NCBI GenBank assembly: GCA_039815375.1
Contig: JBCBZJ010000008.1
Coordinates: forward strand, 48,393-112,392
Length of the DNA: 64,000 nucleotides
Direction: 5' to 3'
DNA from: Verrucomicrobiota bacterium
GTDB taxonomy: Bacteria; Verrucomicrobiota; Verrucomicrobiia; Opitutales; Coraliomargaritaceae
Shown here: positions 32,064 through 41,717 of the stretch, piece after piece
Layout of the letters: each line of letters opens with the position of its first letter
Numbering within the stretch: position 1 is the stretch's first letter
Made by a program: the position numbers and the translations under genes
Notes under the pieces: model-generated
Told to the model about the DNA's origin: nothing
Databases searched by the model: none
The model's input: only the letters and a program-made list of their open reading frames with translations

Positions 32064-33411
32064 GTCGAACTTGTTCTAGTGCATCGAAGAATGCGGGAAA
32101 GGTTTTTCCACAACACGCGGGATCGTTTATCGCAAGCCATGGCAGCCCATCGCCCAGCAGGTCATAGCTGCCCAGAATGCCGAAGCTCATCGCGAAACGA
32201 TGGTCTTCGTAGGTCTCGACGTTTAGCAGTTGGCCGGAGTTTCGGGCTTTCATGGCGCGAGCACGCAGTTCGTTGGGTTTCGGCTGAATAGTGAGGGCGT
32301 CATCCTCTTCTTTCATGAGCTGCCCAAGCTTTGAGAGCTCCGTAGCCATGCCGGCAATGCGATCCGTTTCCTGATGGCGGGTGTGCCCGATCCCCGTGAT
32401 GCGAACTGACCCTCCCAAGAGCGGCGCAATCGCAGCATAGGTAAGGAAGGTATCAGAAAAAGCGTTGAAATCGATTTCGCGGTGACCGCGCTGAATCTCT
32501 TCTGAAACTCGGCGAGCCGCGATCCATTCGTTCTTTTCGGCATCGACGCGGAGTCCGTGGTGAGCGAGCACTTCGACGAAGTGGGCATCGCCCTGCAGGG
32601 GGTCCGGCCCTAGATTCGGGATACGAAGGCTACCTCCCTGGATCAGGGCAAGAGCGAGAAAGTAGCTTGCAGCAGAAATATCAGGCTCGATCGCGTAGGT
32701 CGCAGGGCTCGAGTAGCGAACCGGCTCCAGATGATATTCGCCCTCGTTGCCTGGTTCGAGTGGAGCACTACCAAAGGCCTCCCGCATTTTTAAAGTGATG
32801 GCGACATAGGCAGGGCGAACTTCCCGGCAGTTAAGGCTAATCCCATTTTCCTCGTCTGCAGATGAAAGCAGTAATGCTGAGAGGATTTGACTGCTCGCGC
32901 TCGCATTTACGTTCGCCTGCCCTCCACTAAAGCCTTTCGCTTTAAGTATGAACGGAAAATGCCCCGGCTCACCTTGAAAATCGAATTCGGCAGCGCCGAG
33001 TGCTGCTAAGGCGTCGAGCAGGCCGGACATGGGACGTTTGCGCATGGCATGATCGCCATCGAGTTGATAGCTGCCGCCTTTTTGACGGGCGAGAAGCGCA
33101 GTAAGGAAACGTGCGGCCGTGCCGGCATTACCAACATCCAGAGTTGCGGAGCTGCAGGGAAGCTGTCCCGAGCAGCCTCTTATTCGAATCTCGCAGGTTT
33201 CTTCGTCAGTTGAAATTTTGAAACCGAGAGCTGCCAAAGCCCTCAGCATAATACGTGTGTCACGGCTGAAAAGGGCACCTTTAAGCGTGGTCTCTCCCTC
33301 TGCCAGCGCCGCCAAAACGAGGGCGCGATTGGTGATGCTCTTCGATCCGGGCAATTGGATCTCGCTCTCAAGCGGACGTTGGAAAGGCGTTATCGGTAGA
33401 GGGTCTATCAT
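32056..33411 (-). CDS. aroA: EPSP synthase (ATG 33411 preferred)
   Basis: PGSKSITNRAL, GNAGTAARF, SSQ, ETDRI, DHRFAMSF. Confidence 0.96.
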   Translation of the reverse strand: MIDPLPITPFQRPLESEIQLPGSKSITNRALVLAALAEGETTLKGALFSRDTRIMLRALAALGFKISTDEETCEIRIRGCSGQLPCSSATLDVGNAGTAARFLTALLARQKGGSYQLDGDHAMRKRPMSGLLDALAALGAAEFDFQGEPGHFPFILKAKGFSGGQANVNASASSQILSALLLSSADEENGISLNCREVRPAYVAITLKMREAFGSAPLEPGNEGEYHLEPVRYSSPATYAIEPDISAASYFLALALIQGGSLRIPNLGPDPLQGDAHFVEVLAHHGLRVDAEKNEWIAARRVSEEIQRGHREIDFNAFSDTFLTYAAIAPLLGGSVRITGIGHTRHQETDRIAGMATELSKLGQLMKEEDDALTIQPKPNELRARAMKARNSGQLLNVETYEDHRFAMSFGILGSYDLLGDGLPWLAINDPACCGKTFPAFFDALEQVRHA

Positions 33412-33412
33412 C

Positions 33413-34261
33413 TTATCGCTTGAGCTGATCTCTGTAGCTTTTGCCGCGCTCAAGCTTTTGTTGAAGTGCGTTTGCATCATCGTTCAAGAGAGAGCTTTTG
33501 AAGCTGTGGAGCTCGTTTTCCAAGCCATTAATCGCACGAACGACTTCCTCCCGGTTACTGACCAGAATCTGCCGCCAAAGGCCCGGATCCCCTGAGGCGA
33601 TGCGTGTCGTGTCGCGAAGGCCGCCACCAGCCAGAGAGCGCCATTCATCCCTTTGCCCTGACAGGTAGCTGCAGAGCGCTGCGGCCAAGACATGTGGGAG
33701 ATGGCTGATGTGGGCGACGATCTCATCATGCTTTTCCGGAGAGGTGCGAGAGACTAACATTCCGAGTTCCTTCCAGAACTGGCTGATCGTCTCGGCTGGG
33801 ATGTGGGGAGTCCCCTCCAGAGGCGTAAGGATGCAAGCAGCATTTTCGAAGAGATCACCCTTCGCATGAGTCATACCATTCTGCTCCGATCCAGCCATGG
33901 GATGAGAGCCAAGAAATGTAGCACTACCCAAGTTGACGCCCTGAGCTTCGCGGCATATCCGGCTTTTGGTGCTGCCTACGTCAGTAACTACTGCGTCGGC
34001 TTTGAGGGCTGGAGCGATGCGTTTAAGTAGGGGAATGATGGTTTCGACAGGTGTGCAGATGATAATCAGTCCGCTGTCTGCTACGGCTTCTTCAGGGCTA
34101 TCGAAGACTGCATTACACCAAGGTTGGGATAGGCAGTTGGCACGTGTTTCCGCACGCCTGGACCAACTGTTTATAACCCTTGCCAGCCCGCGCGCATGCG
34201 CTGCCATCCCGATGGAAGCACCGAGTAGGCCTGGCCCCAGTATGGAGATCTGATCGAACAT
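33413..34261 (-). CDS. tyrA: Prephenate/arogenate dehydrogenase (ATG 34261 preferred)
   Basis: GPGLLGAS, TDVGSTK, HPMAGSE, SHLPH, GLRDTTRIA. Confidence 0.93.
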   Translation of the reverse strand: MFDQISILGPGLLGASIGMAAHARGLARVINSWSRRAETRANCLSQPWCNAVFDSPEEAVADSGLIIICTPVETIIPLLKRIAPALKADAVVTDVGSTKSRICREAQGVNLGSATFLGSHPMAGSEQNGMTHAKGDLFENAACILTPLEGTPHIPAETISQFWKELGMLVSRTSPEKHDEIVAHISHLPHVLAAALCSYLSGQRDEWRSLAGGGLRDTTRIASGDPGLWRQILVSNREEVVRAINGLENELHSFKSSLLNDDANALQQKLERGKSYRDQLKR

Positions 34262-34397
34262 TGATTGCGAATTGCTTTCGTATAGGCGTTGCAGTAGAGC
34301 TGACAACCGCGAATTGAGTTCGCCTTTTGCCTTGCGGCGCGATACTCGTAAGGTCATTTAGGCAGACCAAATTTGCAGCGCCAGTCCAAATTTAAAT

Positions 34398-36152
34398 ATG
34401 GCCAAGTTAAAGAACAGACAACGTCCCCGTTTGCCTCACGAAAGCAGCCCTTTGCGTAAGGGGCTGATCGCTCTTTTGTTTATTGTTGCAGCCGTCATGG
34501 TGCTGGGAGGCTTCTGGCTTCTGTCCAAGATGGGGCCTCGAGACGTCGATTTCAGAGACTTGAACACGGGAGTGGAGATTTCGGAAGATGTTCTGGCATT
34601 AAACGAGCAAAGTATAGAACTCGAAATACAGTTTGAGGAGATCCTCGCATTACGTGACGCCGAGTTTGAGGATATCGCCATACTCAAGGAGGCACTCGAC
34701 CTGCAGAAACAGTATTTGGATTCGGTTCAACTAGTGGATACTGAATCCACCAAGCGTTATCGTAGTTTGAATCAACGCTACCAGGATCTTGCCGGAGGCC
34801 TCTTGCGTAAGCAAAGTCTGTCGCTTGAGTCGCAGGCCGAAGCGCTCGCACGGGCTTTGGATTATGAAGCTGCAAAAGAAAAATATCGAGAGGCTTATGA
34901 TTTGCAGGATGAAATCAACGAACGTTTTCCCATTAGCACCGCTTACGATGCGCGCCGGGCGAGTTATCTTGAGCGTACAAGCCAATCTTTTGCTGCTGAG
35001 CCGATATTTAAACGCAGCGTTCAATACCAAGTCGAGGGGGAGAAGTTTATAACTGATAAAAACTGGGAGAAGGCTGAGATAGCTCTGAAGCAAGCAATCG
35101 CGATTCAGGACAAATTAAACCGCGAATTCAGAGGAACTAAACGTGCCAGTGTTTCAAGATTGGAGCAGCTGCGTATCCAGCTGATTGGAATTCAGTCCGG
35201 TCAGAATAATCTAGAGATCGAAAGAATAGAATCACTGGCAGATAAACGCAGGGCTGAGGGGGAGAATATGGAGGCGGCGAGCCTTTATCAAGAAGCGGCG
35301 CGACTGCAGGCTGAATTGAACGATGAGTATCGCGATAGCCCTTATGCTTCGTCCGAGCGAGTCGCTGAGTTTCGAAGAAAATCCGAAACTGCTCAGAGTT
35401 TTGAATTAGGTCGTAGCGTTGAGCGAAATCACGGGGTGTTAAAACAACTTCTGGCTGAACGTCGCACCTATGAGGCTGCAGATGTCATCGTGGGTATGCG
35501 TCGTGATATCAAAAAGATGAAAGAGGCCTACCCCAAAAGTTCCCTTAATGACGAGGAGCTGGAATTGAAGATTCGTTACCTCAATCTCGTTCAAAGTGAT
35601 CTCGGCTTTATACAGGACCGCATCTACGATGCGCTTTTGCCCATTCCAGAGGAGAACGAGTGGAAAATCCTCCGAACGGAGGTCTCCCAGGCGCTGTATT
35701 CATTGATCATGGGCACAAATCCGAGTCGTAATCTCGGTGAAGTAAACCCCGTCGATTCGGTTAGCTGGATTGAGGCAAAGAGCTTCTGCGAACGATTGTC
35801 ATGGATCATGGGCGCATCCGTTCGTTTGCCAACCCAGAACGAGTTTCGTGGAGCGCTCGGCCGTTTGCGTTACGTCGTTCTGGAAGACCACGTCTGGAGT
35901 GCTTCAAATGCCGAAGGCAACGCGCAGCCGATTGGCAAGAAAACACCGTTTGCCAGTGGTTGCTTCGACCTCTTGGGCAATGTTAGCGAGTGGTTGGAAT
36001 CTGTCGACCGTTTCGAGACCGAAGATGCGCTTCACATTGGAGGTAATGCTCAGGACCAATTGGAGGTTATTTTCACAGTTCCTGTTCGTGAGGCACCGCG
36101 TGGTGAGCGCAATCGTATGACTGGTTTTCGTATCGTGATGCGGACAAGCTGA
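34398..36152 (+). CDS. Membrane-anchored helical-repeat protein with C-terminal FGE/SUMF1-like domain
   Basis: N-terminal TM; TEVSQ...PVDSVSW...RLPT..E...DLLGNVSEW...GFR. Confidence 0.8.
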   Translation: MAKLKNRQRPRLPHESSPLRKGLIALLFIVAAVMVLGGFWLLSKMGPRDVDFRDLNTGVEISEDVLALNEQSIELEIQFEEILALRDAEFEDIAILKEALDLQKQYLDSVQLVDTESTKRYRSLNQRYQDLAGGLLRKQSLSLESQAEALARALDYEAAKEKYREAYDLQDEINERFPISTAYDARRASYLERTSQSFAAEPIFKRSVQYQVEGEKFITDKNWEKAEIALKQAIAIQDKLNREFRGTKRASVSRLEQLRIQLIGIQSGQNNLEIERIESLADKRRAEGENMEAASLYQEAARLQAELNDEYRDSPYASSERVAEFRRKSETAQSFELGRSVERNHGVLKQLLAERRTYEAADVIVGMRRDIKKMKEAYPKSSLNDEELELKIRYLNLVQSDLGFIQDRIYDALLPIPEENEWKILRTEVSQALYSLIMGTNPSRNLGEVNPVDSVSWIEAKSFCERLSWIMGASVRLPTQNEFRGALGRLRYVVLEDHVWSASNAEGNAQPIGKKTPFASGCFDLLGNVSEWLESVDRFETEDALHIGGNAQDQLEVIFTVPVREAPRGERNRMTGFRIVMRTS

Positions 36153-36213
36153 TTCTCGACTTGAATCAAGGTTCTGGTTGCTAGGCTGCTTTATTCTGCT
36201 ATTATTTAATACT

Positions 36214-36357
36214 ATGAATCCAATCCCAGAGGAGGAATTCATAACACGCGGTCAGCACAGAGCTGATCGGGCAAAGAGAATTATTCTTTCGGTGATGGTG
36301 ATTTTCATTCTTTTGCCGCCTATTCTTGCATGGCTTACCGGAGCCCTAAGTTTTTAA
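36214..36357 (+). CDS. 47-aa small membrane protein (below the ORF-track cutoff)
   Basis: MNPIPEEEFITRGQHRADRAKRIILSVMVIFILLPPILAWLTGALSF; promoter-like TTGCTA-N16-TATTAT just upstream. Confidence 0.6.
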   Translation: MNPIPEEEFITRGQHRADRAKRIILSVMVIFILLPPILAWLTGALSF

Positions 36358-36370
36358 GTTCAAGAATGGC

Positions 36371-37384
36371 ATGAAAAAAACCATTTATATTCTCAGGGGA
36401 TTCTTTCTTCTTTTGAGCTTTTTGGGCTGCCTTTTGTTGAATTACGCGGTTAGCGATTGGAGCTTATTGACGATTGTCCCGGTCGGGATGGGAATCGCTG
36501 TTCTTGTGATCCTCACTGATCTTTTGCTTGAAGGGTTTTCACTGCGTGGACTTTCCGCGATTACCTTTGGTCTGGCAATCGGAGCATTGATTGCATTTCT
36601 CCTCTCTCAATCACCGCTATTTGAGCCGCTTGAGCGTGATGAGGATCTCGCTCAGATGGTTTTCCTGACAAGATTGCTTCTCTATGTGATTTGCATGTAT
36701 CTGGCGACTGTTATCGCATTGCGTGGAAAAGATGAATTCAACCTGGTTATACCGTATGTTCGATTCAGCTCTGAAATGGTCGAAACACCCCTGGCTGTGG
36801 TCGATACGAGTGCCCTCATCGACGGTCGTATTGCTGCGATTTGTGAGAGTCGTTGGTTCGGATTTGAAATTGTTATCCCCCGCTTCGTTCTCGATGAACT
36901 TCAGGCGATAGCAGACTCTTCAGATTCTTCACGAAAGGAAAAGGGCCGCAAAGGTCTCGAGGTGTTGAATCGATTACGTGAGATGAAACACCTCGATTTA
37001 CGCATCCATGAAAGTGATGTCCCAGATCGAAAGGCGGTTGATTCCAAGTTGGTCTACCTCGCCGATACACTAAAAGCGAAGTTGCTGACGACCGATTACA
37101 ATTTGGCCAAGTTGGCTGAGTTCCATAATATTGAATGGCTCAATATTACATCACTTGTCCGTGCCCTGAACCAAGAAGTCTCTGTTGGTTCGAGACTGGA
37201 CGTCGAGCTTGTTCGTCCCGGCAAAGATCCTCATCAGGCCATCGGCTATTTACCAGACGGGTCAATGCTCGTCGTGAACAACGGGAAAAACTTAATTGGT
37301 AGGGAAGTTCGGGTTGAGGTGGATTCGGTGGTGCCTTCATCCGGTGGGAAGATGATATTTGCTACGCATCAGCGGGAGATTTAA
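36371..37384 (+). CDS. PIN/TRAM-domain membrane protein (YacL-like)
   Basis: 4 TMs, VDTSALIDGRI, TTDYNL, GYLPDGSMLVV, GKMIFA. Confidence 0.92.
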   Translation: MKKTIYILRGFFLLLSFLGCLLLNYAVSDWSLLTIVPVGMGIAVLVILTDLLLEGFSLRGLSAITFGLAIGALIAFLLSQSPLFEPLERDEDLAQMVFLTRLLLYVICMYLATVIALRGKDEFNLVIPYVRFSSEMVETPLAVVDTSALIDGRIAAICESRWFGFEIVIPRFVLDELQAIADSSDSSRKEKGRKGLEVLNRLREMKHLDLRIHESDVPDRKAVDSKLVYLADTLKAKLLTTDYNLAKLAEFHNIEWLNITSLVRALNQEVSVGSRLDVELVRPGKDPHQAIGYLPDGSMLVVNNGKNLIGREVRVEVDSVVPSSGGKMIFATHQREI

Positions 37385-37541
37385 TCCCGAAACAGGGTGA
37401 GTTTTAAAATTCTGTTAAACCCTTGGTGGTCAGTGATTTTTCTTGGATTGCTAGCTCTACCGTATATCACTTAATCAAGCTGGGGGGCGTTTCCTCCAGA
37501 TTTATATAATATACATAATAATCCAAATAAGGAATATCATC

Positions 37542-37886
37542 ATGAATACCAAATCTAAAAAAGGTTTTACTCTCGTTGAAATCATGATCGTGGTCGTTAT
37601 CATCGGTCTCTTAGCTGCAATGGCTATCCCAGCCTTCCAGAAAGTTCGTGAAACGTCCCAGAAGAAGACTATTATCAACAATCTTCGCCAAATTGCTTCT
37701 GGCGCTGACCAATACTTCCTTGAAGAAGGTCTGACAAAGGTTACTGTCGCTGACATCACTGGTGGCGATCAATACATCAAGTCGCTCAAGAAAGTTTCTG
37801 ACGAAACTTACCCTGTATCTGTTCTTAGCACAGACACTGTTCTCACAGCTGCGGGTGCAGTTGTCTCTGCTTCGATTGCATTCTAA
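37542..37886 (+). CDS. Type IV pilin, probably the major pilin
   Basis: KKG|FTLVEIMIVVVIIGLLAAMAIPAF class III signal; own terminator; codon usage typical of highly expressed genes. Confidence 0.92.
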   Translation: MNTKSKKGFTLVEIMIVVVIIGLLAAMAIPAFQKVRETSQKKTIINNLRQIASGADQYFLEEGLTKVTVADITGGDQYIKSLKKVSDETYPVSVLSTDTVLTAAGAVVSASIAF

Positions 37887-37908
37887 GCTAGCGAATCTGA
37901 ATTTAATC

Positions 37909-37940
37909 AAAAGCCGCCTGTTAGCAGGCGGCTTTTTTTT
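37909..37940 (+). terminator. Intrinsic terminator after the pilin gene
   Basis: AAAAGCCGCCTG-TTAG-CAGGCGGCTTTTTTTT. Confidence 0.93.
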
Positions 37941-38048
37941 ATTTTTGTATGGCCGACATGAGGAATCCAAACTTTGTTGCGGCATGCGTATTGTATAGGA
38001 TCGTAGATTTCGCGATCCGCACGAATATGCCCTGAATTTTACTAAACG

Positions 38049-39872
38049 ATGCCAGACATTAAGCCAGCTGCCCTTCTGCTGTCCTCTGTGATCATAGCTC
38101 TGGTATTGCCCCTGTTTTTACTTTCCCCTGCTCAGATACAGTGGGTCCTACAGTATTGCACGTACTGGGTCATTCTCGCCCTGCTTGTGTTTTTTATTCT
38201 TGGGCTGGTGCGTTTAAGTTACGACCCGAATGTTCGTGATGACTGGCTTGAGTGTTTTCGTCCGCTGCAACTCCTATTTATAGTCGGGATGTCCTGGCTT
38301 ATGATCAGTCTACAACCGACCGGTTATAAGGTTGTGATGGACGAGCCCGTGTTAATTGTTACGGCCCAGCAGATGCATCAGGAAAAGCAGTTTCTTGTGC
38401 CCTATAGCTGCTATGAACTTGGTGGAGTGTTTTACACTTTTGATGGATACGTGGACAAGCGTCCCGGATTCTATGTTTTTTTGGTAAGCCTGTTGCATGA
38501 TTTGACAGGTTATCGAACCAGCCAGGGCTTCGTCCTGAACCATCTTTTGGTTGTTATATTTATTGCTTTGTTGGCTGTGGTCGGCCGCAAACTATGGCCG
38601 GCTTTAGGATTCTTTGTGGCTCCTCTTCTCGTTTTAACCGTGCCTCTATTTTCGATCAGTGCGAACGGTTCCGGGTTCGACTTCCTTAACGTCCTGATGG
38701 TTCTGGCTACTGTATATCTCGGAGCGATTTACTATAACTCTCCTTCTGAGGAGCGTATGAATCTTTGCATCCTATCGGCAGCTTTACTAGCCCACACAAG
38801 ATATGAATCAGCAATGTATGCAGTCCCTATTGGACTTCTCGTGATTCTTGGGTGGCTTCGAACAAGACGGATACTTGTCTCCTACACGACGAGCCTTATT
38901 CCGCTTGCATTTTCGCCACTGCTCATGCTCCAACTGATGATACGATCTACACCTGAGCATTGGCAGATTCGCGGTGAAAGTGGCGAGCCTTTTTCTTTAA
39001 CCTATCTCGGTGAGAATCTGGAGGCTGCAGCAAATTTCTTCTACCAGTTTGGCCCCAACCAGCCGAATAGCTTTTATGTTAGCGCTTTGTTTGTAATTCT
39101 TCTCATCACATGTCTCCTCCGGTGGCCAAGTTTGCGGAATCGATTGGCAGACTTTAAGCCGCCGGAAGGCTGGCCGGCCTACCTACTGCTCGGTTTTGGA
39201 GCGACCGGGCTGCTAGGCCTATTAATGTTTTACCATTGGGGACAACTTGATGACTCGGCTGCGTCGCGGCTAGCCATGCCTTTCATTTTGATGCAGATAT
39301 TGACGATCACTTACCTGTCGTCGCTTGTTTTTCAGGTTAGATTGAGTGGTTTAATTTTTGTTGCCTGCGCTGTTTTTTATTTCATGGGGGTTTCAAGGCC
39401 TGTTTGCGCATCGACGTCTTTCCTTTCGACCTATCCCTCCGTGCGGCAAGCGATTTGGACCCGGGAGAAAGTTATCGAGCATCGTGATGAACCAGCACTT
39501 TTTGTTCTACAGCAGCGCCTGATTCCAGTTGGTGAAAGAAAATCCGGTTTGGAGATTCGGACTGCGATTGAGCGCAAGGCGCAGCTGGCACTCCATTTGG
39601 AACTCCAGACCTTTTCAGAGGTTTATCTCTTTTTCACTCAAGACCGCACTGATACCGGGACAGGAGACTACACAAGGTTCGAATTGGGTTCACATTTTGA
39701 ATACGAAGTGATCGAAAGCCAACGGCTGGACAGAATACGGGAAGTATTCATGGCAAAACTAATCCGAGTCAAACTCGACGACGATACCAACCCCTACGAG
39801 AGTCTGAAAGTCTTCGATGGTATCGATAAGCCGGCTGAGTGGAGCGCATTACACCTCTCAACGCTGCCATAA
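38049..39872 (+). CDS. Polytopic GT-C (ArnT/PMT-like) glycosyltransferase
   Basis: Many TM segments; acidic DE pair in the first large loop (VMDEP); TRYES. Confidence 0.65.
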   Translation: MPDIKPAALLLSSVIIALVLPLFLLSPAQIQWVLQYCTYWVILALLVFFILGLVRLSYDPNVRDDWLECFRPLQLLFIVGMSWLMISLQPTGYKVVMDEPVLIVTAQQMHQEKQFLVPYSCYELGGVFYTFDGYVDKRPGFYVFLVSLLHDLTGYRTSQGFVLNHLLVVIFIALLAVVGRKLWPALGFFVAPLLVLTVPLFSISANGSGFDFLNVLMVLATVYLGAIYYNSPSEERMNLCILSAALLAHTRYESAMYAVPIGLLVILGWLRTRRILVSYTTSLIPLAFSPLLMLQLMIRSTPEHWQIRGESGEPFSLTYLGENLEAAANFFYQFGPNQPNSFYVSALFVILLITCLLRWPSLRNRLADFKPPEGWPAYLLLGFGATGLLGLLMFYHWGQLDDSAASRLAMPFILMQILTITYLSSLVFQVRLSGLIFVACAVFYFMGVSRPVCASTSFLSTYPSVRQAIWTREKVIEHRDEPALFVLQQRLIPVGERKSGLEIRTAIERKAQLALHLELQTFSEVYLFFTQDRTDTGTGDYTRFELGSHFEYEVIESQRLDRIREVFMAKLIRVKLDDDTNPYESLKVFDGIDKPAEWSALHLSTLP

Positions 39873-39884
39873 TCTGAGATAAGG

Positions 39885-41717
39885 ATGACAGAGAATTCTC
39901 ATAGTTTCCCAAAGATCGAGAAGTATCGTGGATTCGTTTTCGTGTTCAGCATATTCTTTGCGGTTGCCTTCTCTTTTGCATTTCCGATCGGGGGAGCCGA
40001 GGCATTCCTAAAGTCGAGTGCGTATTGGTTTGCTTGGGTCCCTTGTGTGCTCTTCATTTTTTATTTATTGAGCGAGGCCCGATCGAGTGGGCTTCGAAAT
40101 CTGACTGGTTTGAAACAGTGGAGACTATGGACGTTTCTTGCAGTTGCCTTCGCCTGTCTCTTATTGGTGCATGCTGAGTTTGGCTACAAGATCGCGATGG
40201 ATGATTATGTGCTCGTGGCAACGTCTCAGAATTTCCACTACACTCGCGAGTTTTTTGTTCCAACATCAGGCTTCTGGAAGGGAGGGGGTGCAGACTTTGT
40301 ATTTCATGACGGCTATATCGACAAGCGTCCGTGGCTATATCCCTTTATTGTATCGATTGTTCATGACCTCACTGCGTTTCGCGTAGAGAATGCATATCTC
40401 GTCAATTTACTTTCGGTTGGTGTGCTTATGCTTGCCGCGTTTTACTTTGTAAAAAGAGTAGCTACAGCGCGTGGTGCGATACTTACCTGCTTATTGATCG
40501 TGAGTATCCCGCTCATTGCGCAGAATGCAACGGGTGCCGGTATAGACATGCTCAACGTGACCTTGCTAATGGTCACAATGCTAATTGCAGCGAAGTATCT
40601 GGAATTACCCAGTGCAAAAACCGAAGGTCTATTAATCGTTAGTGCGATACTGTTGATGTATTCCCGATATGAGTCTGCCATCTATGCCATACCAACAGCA
40701 CTTATTGTTGCATTGGGCTGGTGGCGAGCCAAGCGAGTGTTTCTTTCTATACCAGCGATTTTGTCTGCCCCGATGCTGGTTGGCTTGATCCTGCAAAATC
40801 GCATCTTCCGCAGTTCGGAGGCTCTATGGGAACTCCATTCAGGAACGGCGCAGGCCTTCGGGTTTGCCAACATCGCAGAAAATCTACCTCGCGCGCTTTA
40901 TTTCTTTTTCAGCATGGATGGAACCTTGGCGAACGCTCCGTGGATTTCAGCCCTGGGAGTCTTGTCCCTTTTGTTCTTTCTTCTCTATTTGTATCGTGAG
41001 TTGAGATCTGTAGGTAAGCTTCCAGCCGCAACGCAAGCCCTTTCTATTTTCAGTTTCTTTATTGTTCTGAATTTCATCATACTTCTGGCTTACCATGATG
41101 GTAAATTGGACCGGCTCTTTGCCTCGAGGCTGAGCCTACCCTTTTACTTGTTACTTGCGTTGGCACCAGGTTTTGCCTTTCGCGAATCATTTTCGCGCCC
41201 CATCACATTTCGCATAGTAACAGGGGTAACGGTGCTTTTTTTGATTGGATGGACTTTGCCCATGAATTCAAAACAGGTTTTCACTCAGCGTAATTTCATT
41301 AAGAAAGATTTGGATTGGCTTATTGGGGAGGTCGGAACGAAGGTGCGACGTGACGATCTTGTGATCGACCAATATTCAACGGCATGGTCGATCCATAAAA
41401 AAACTGCACTTAAACCATTAGTTGCGATTCAGAGTCTGGACTGGATCGACAAAAGATTGAGCGCAGGTCGCTTATCGAACGTTTATCTGGTGGAGCGGCT
41501 TGAGTATGTTATTGTTGATGGAAAGCCCCAACTTCAGACGTCGACGTATCCTGAGGGGATTTTTGATAGGTCACTTCTGTTCGAACGGAGCTTCCGGCCC
41601 TTTTCTCTGGTTCGGGTTTATCGTTTGGATGAGATTTATCCGGAGCGCCTGCCCGATGACTGGGTCGAGAACCGGATTGGAGGCAATGTGCAGAACTATA
41701 CCTACACGGGCTTGTGA
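39885..41717 (+). CDS. Polytopic GT-C glycosyltransferase, paralog of 38049-39872
   Basis: Shared blocks GYK..MD, DGY.DKRP, RYESA.YA.P, SRL..PF. Confidence 0.65.
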   Translation: MTENSHSFPKIEKYRGFVFVFSIFFAVAFSFAFPIGGAEAFLKSSAYWFAWVPCVLFIFYLLSEARSSGLRNLTGLKQWRLWTFLAVAFACLLLVHAEFGYKIAMDDYVLVATSQNFHYTREFFVPTSGFWKGGGADFVFHDGYIDKRPWLYPFIVSIVHDLTAFRVENAYLVNLLSVGVLMLAAFYFVKRVATARGAILTCLLIVSIPLIAQNATGAGIDMLNVTLLMVTMLIAAKYLELPSAKTEGLLIVSAILLMYSRYESAIYAIPTALIVALGWWRAKRVFLSIPAILSAPMLVGLILQNRIFRSSEALWELHSGTAQAFGFANIAENLPRALYFFFSMDGTLANAPWISALGVLSLLFFLLYLYRELRSVGKLPAATQALSIFSFFIVLNFIILLAYHDGKLDRLFASRLSLPFYLLLALAPGFAFRESFSRPITFRIVTGVTVLFLIGWTLPMNSKQVFTQRNFIKKDLDWLIGEVGTKVRRDDLVIDQYSTAWSIHKKTALKPLVAIQSLDWIDKRLSAGRLSNVYLVERLEYVIVDGKPQLQTSTYPEGIFDRSLLFERSFRPFSLVRVYRLDEIYPERLPDDWVENRIGGNVQNYTYTGL

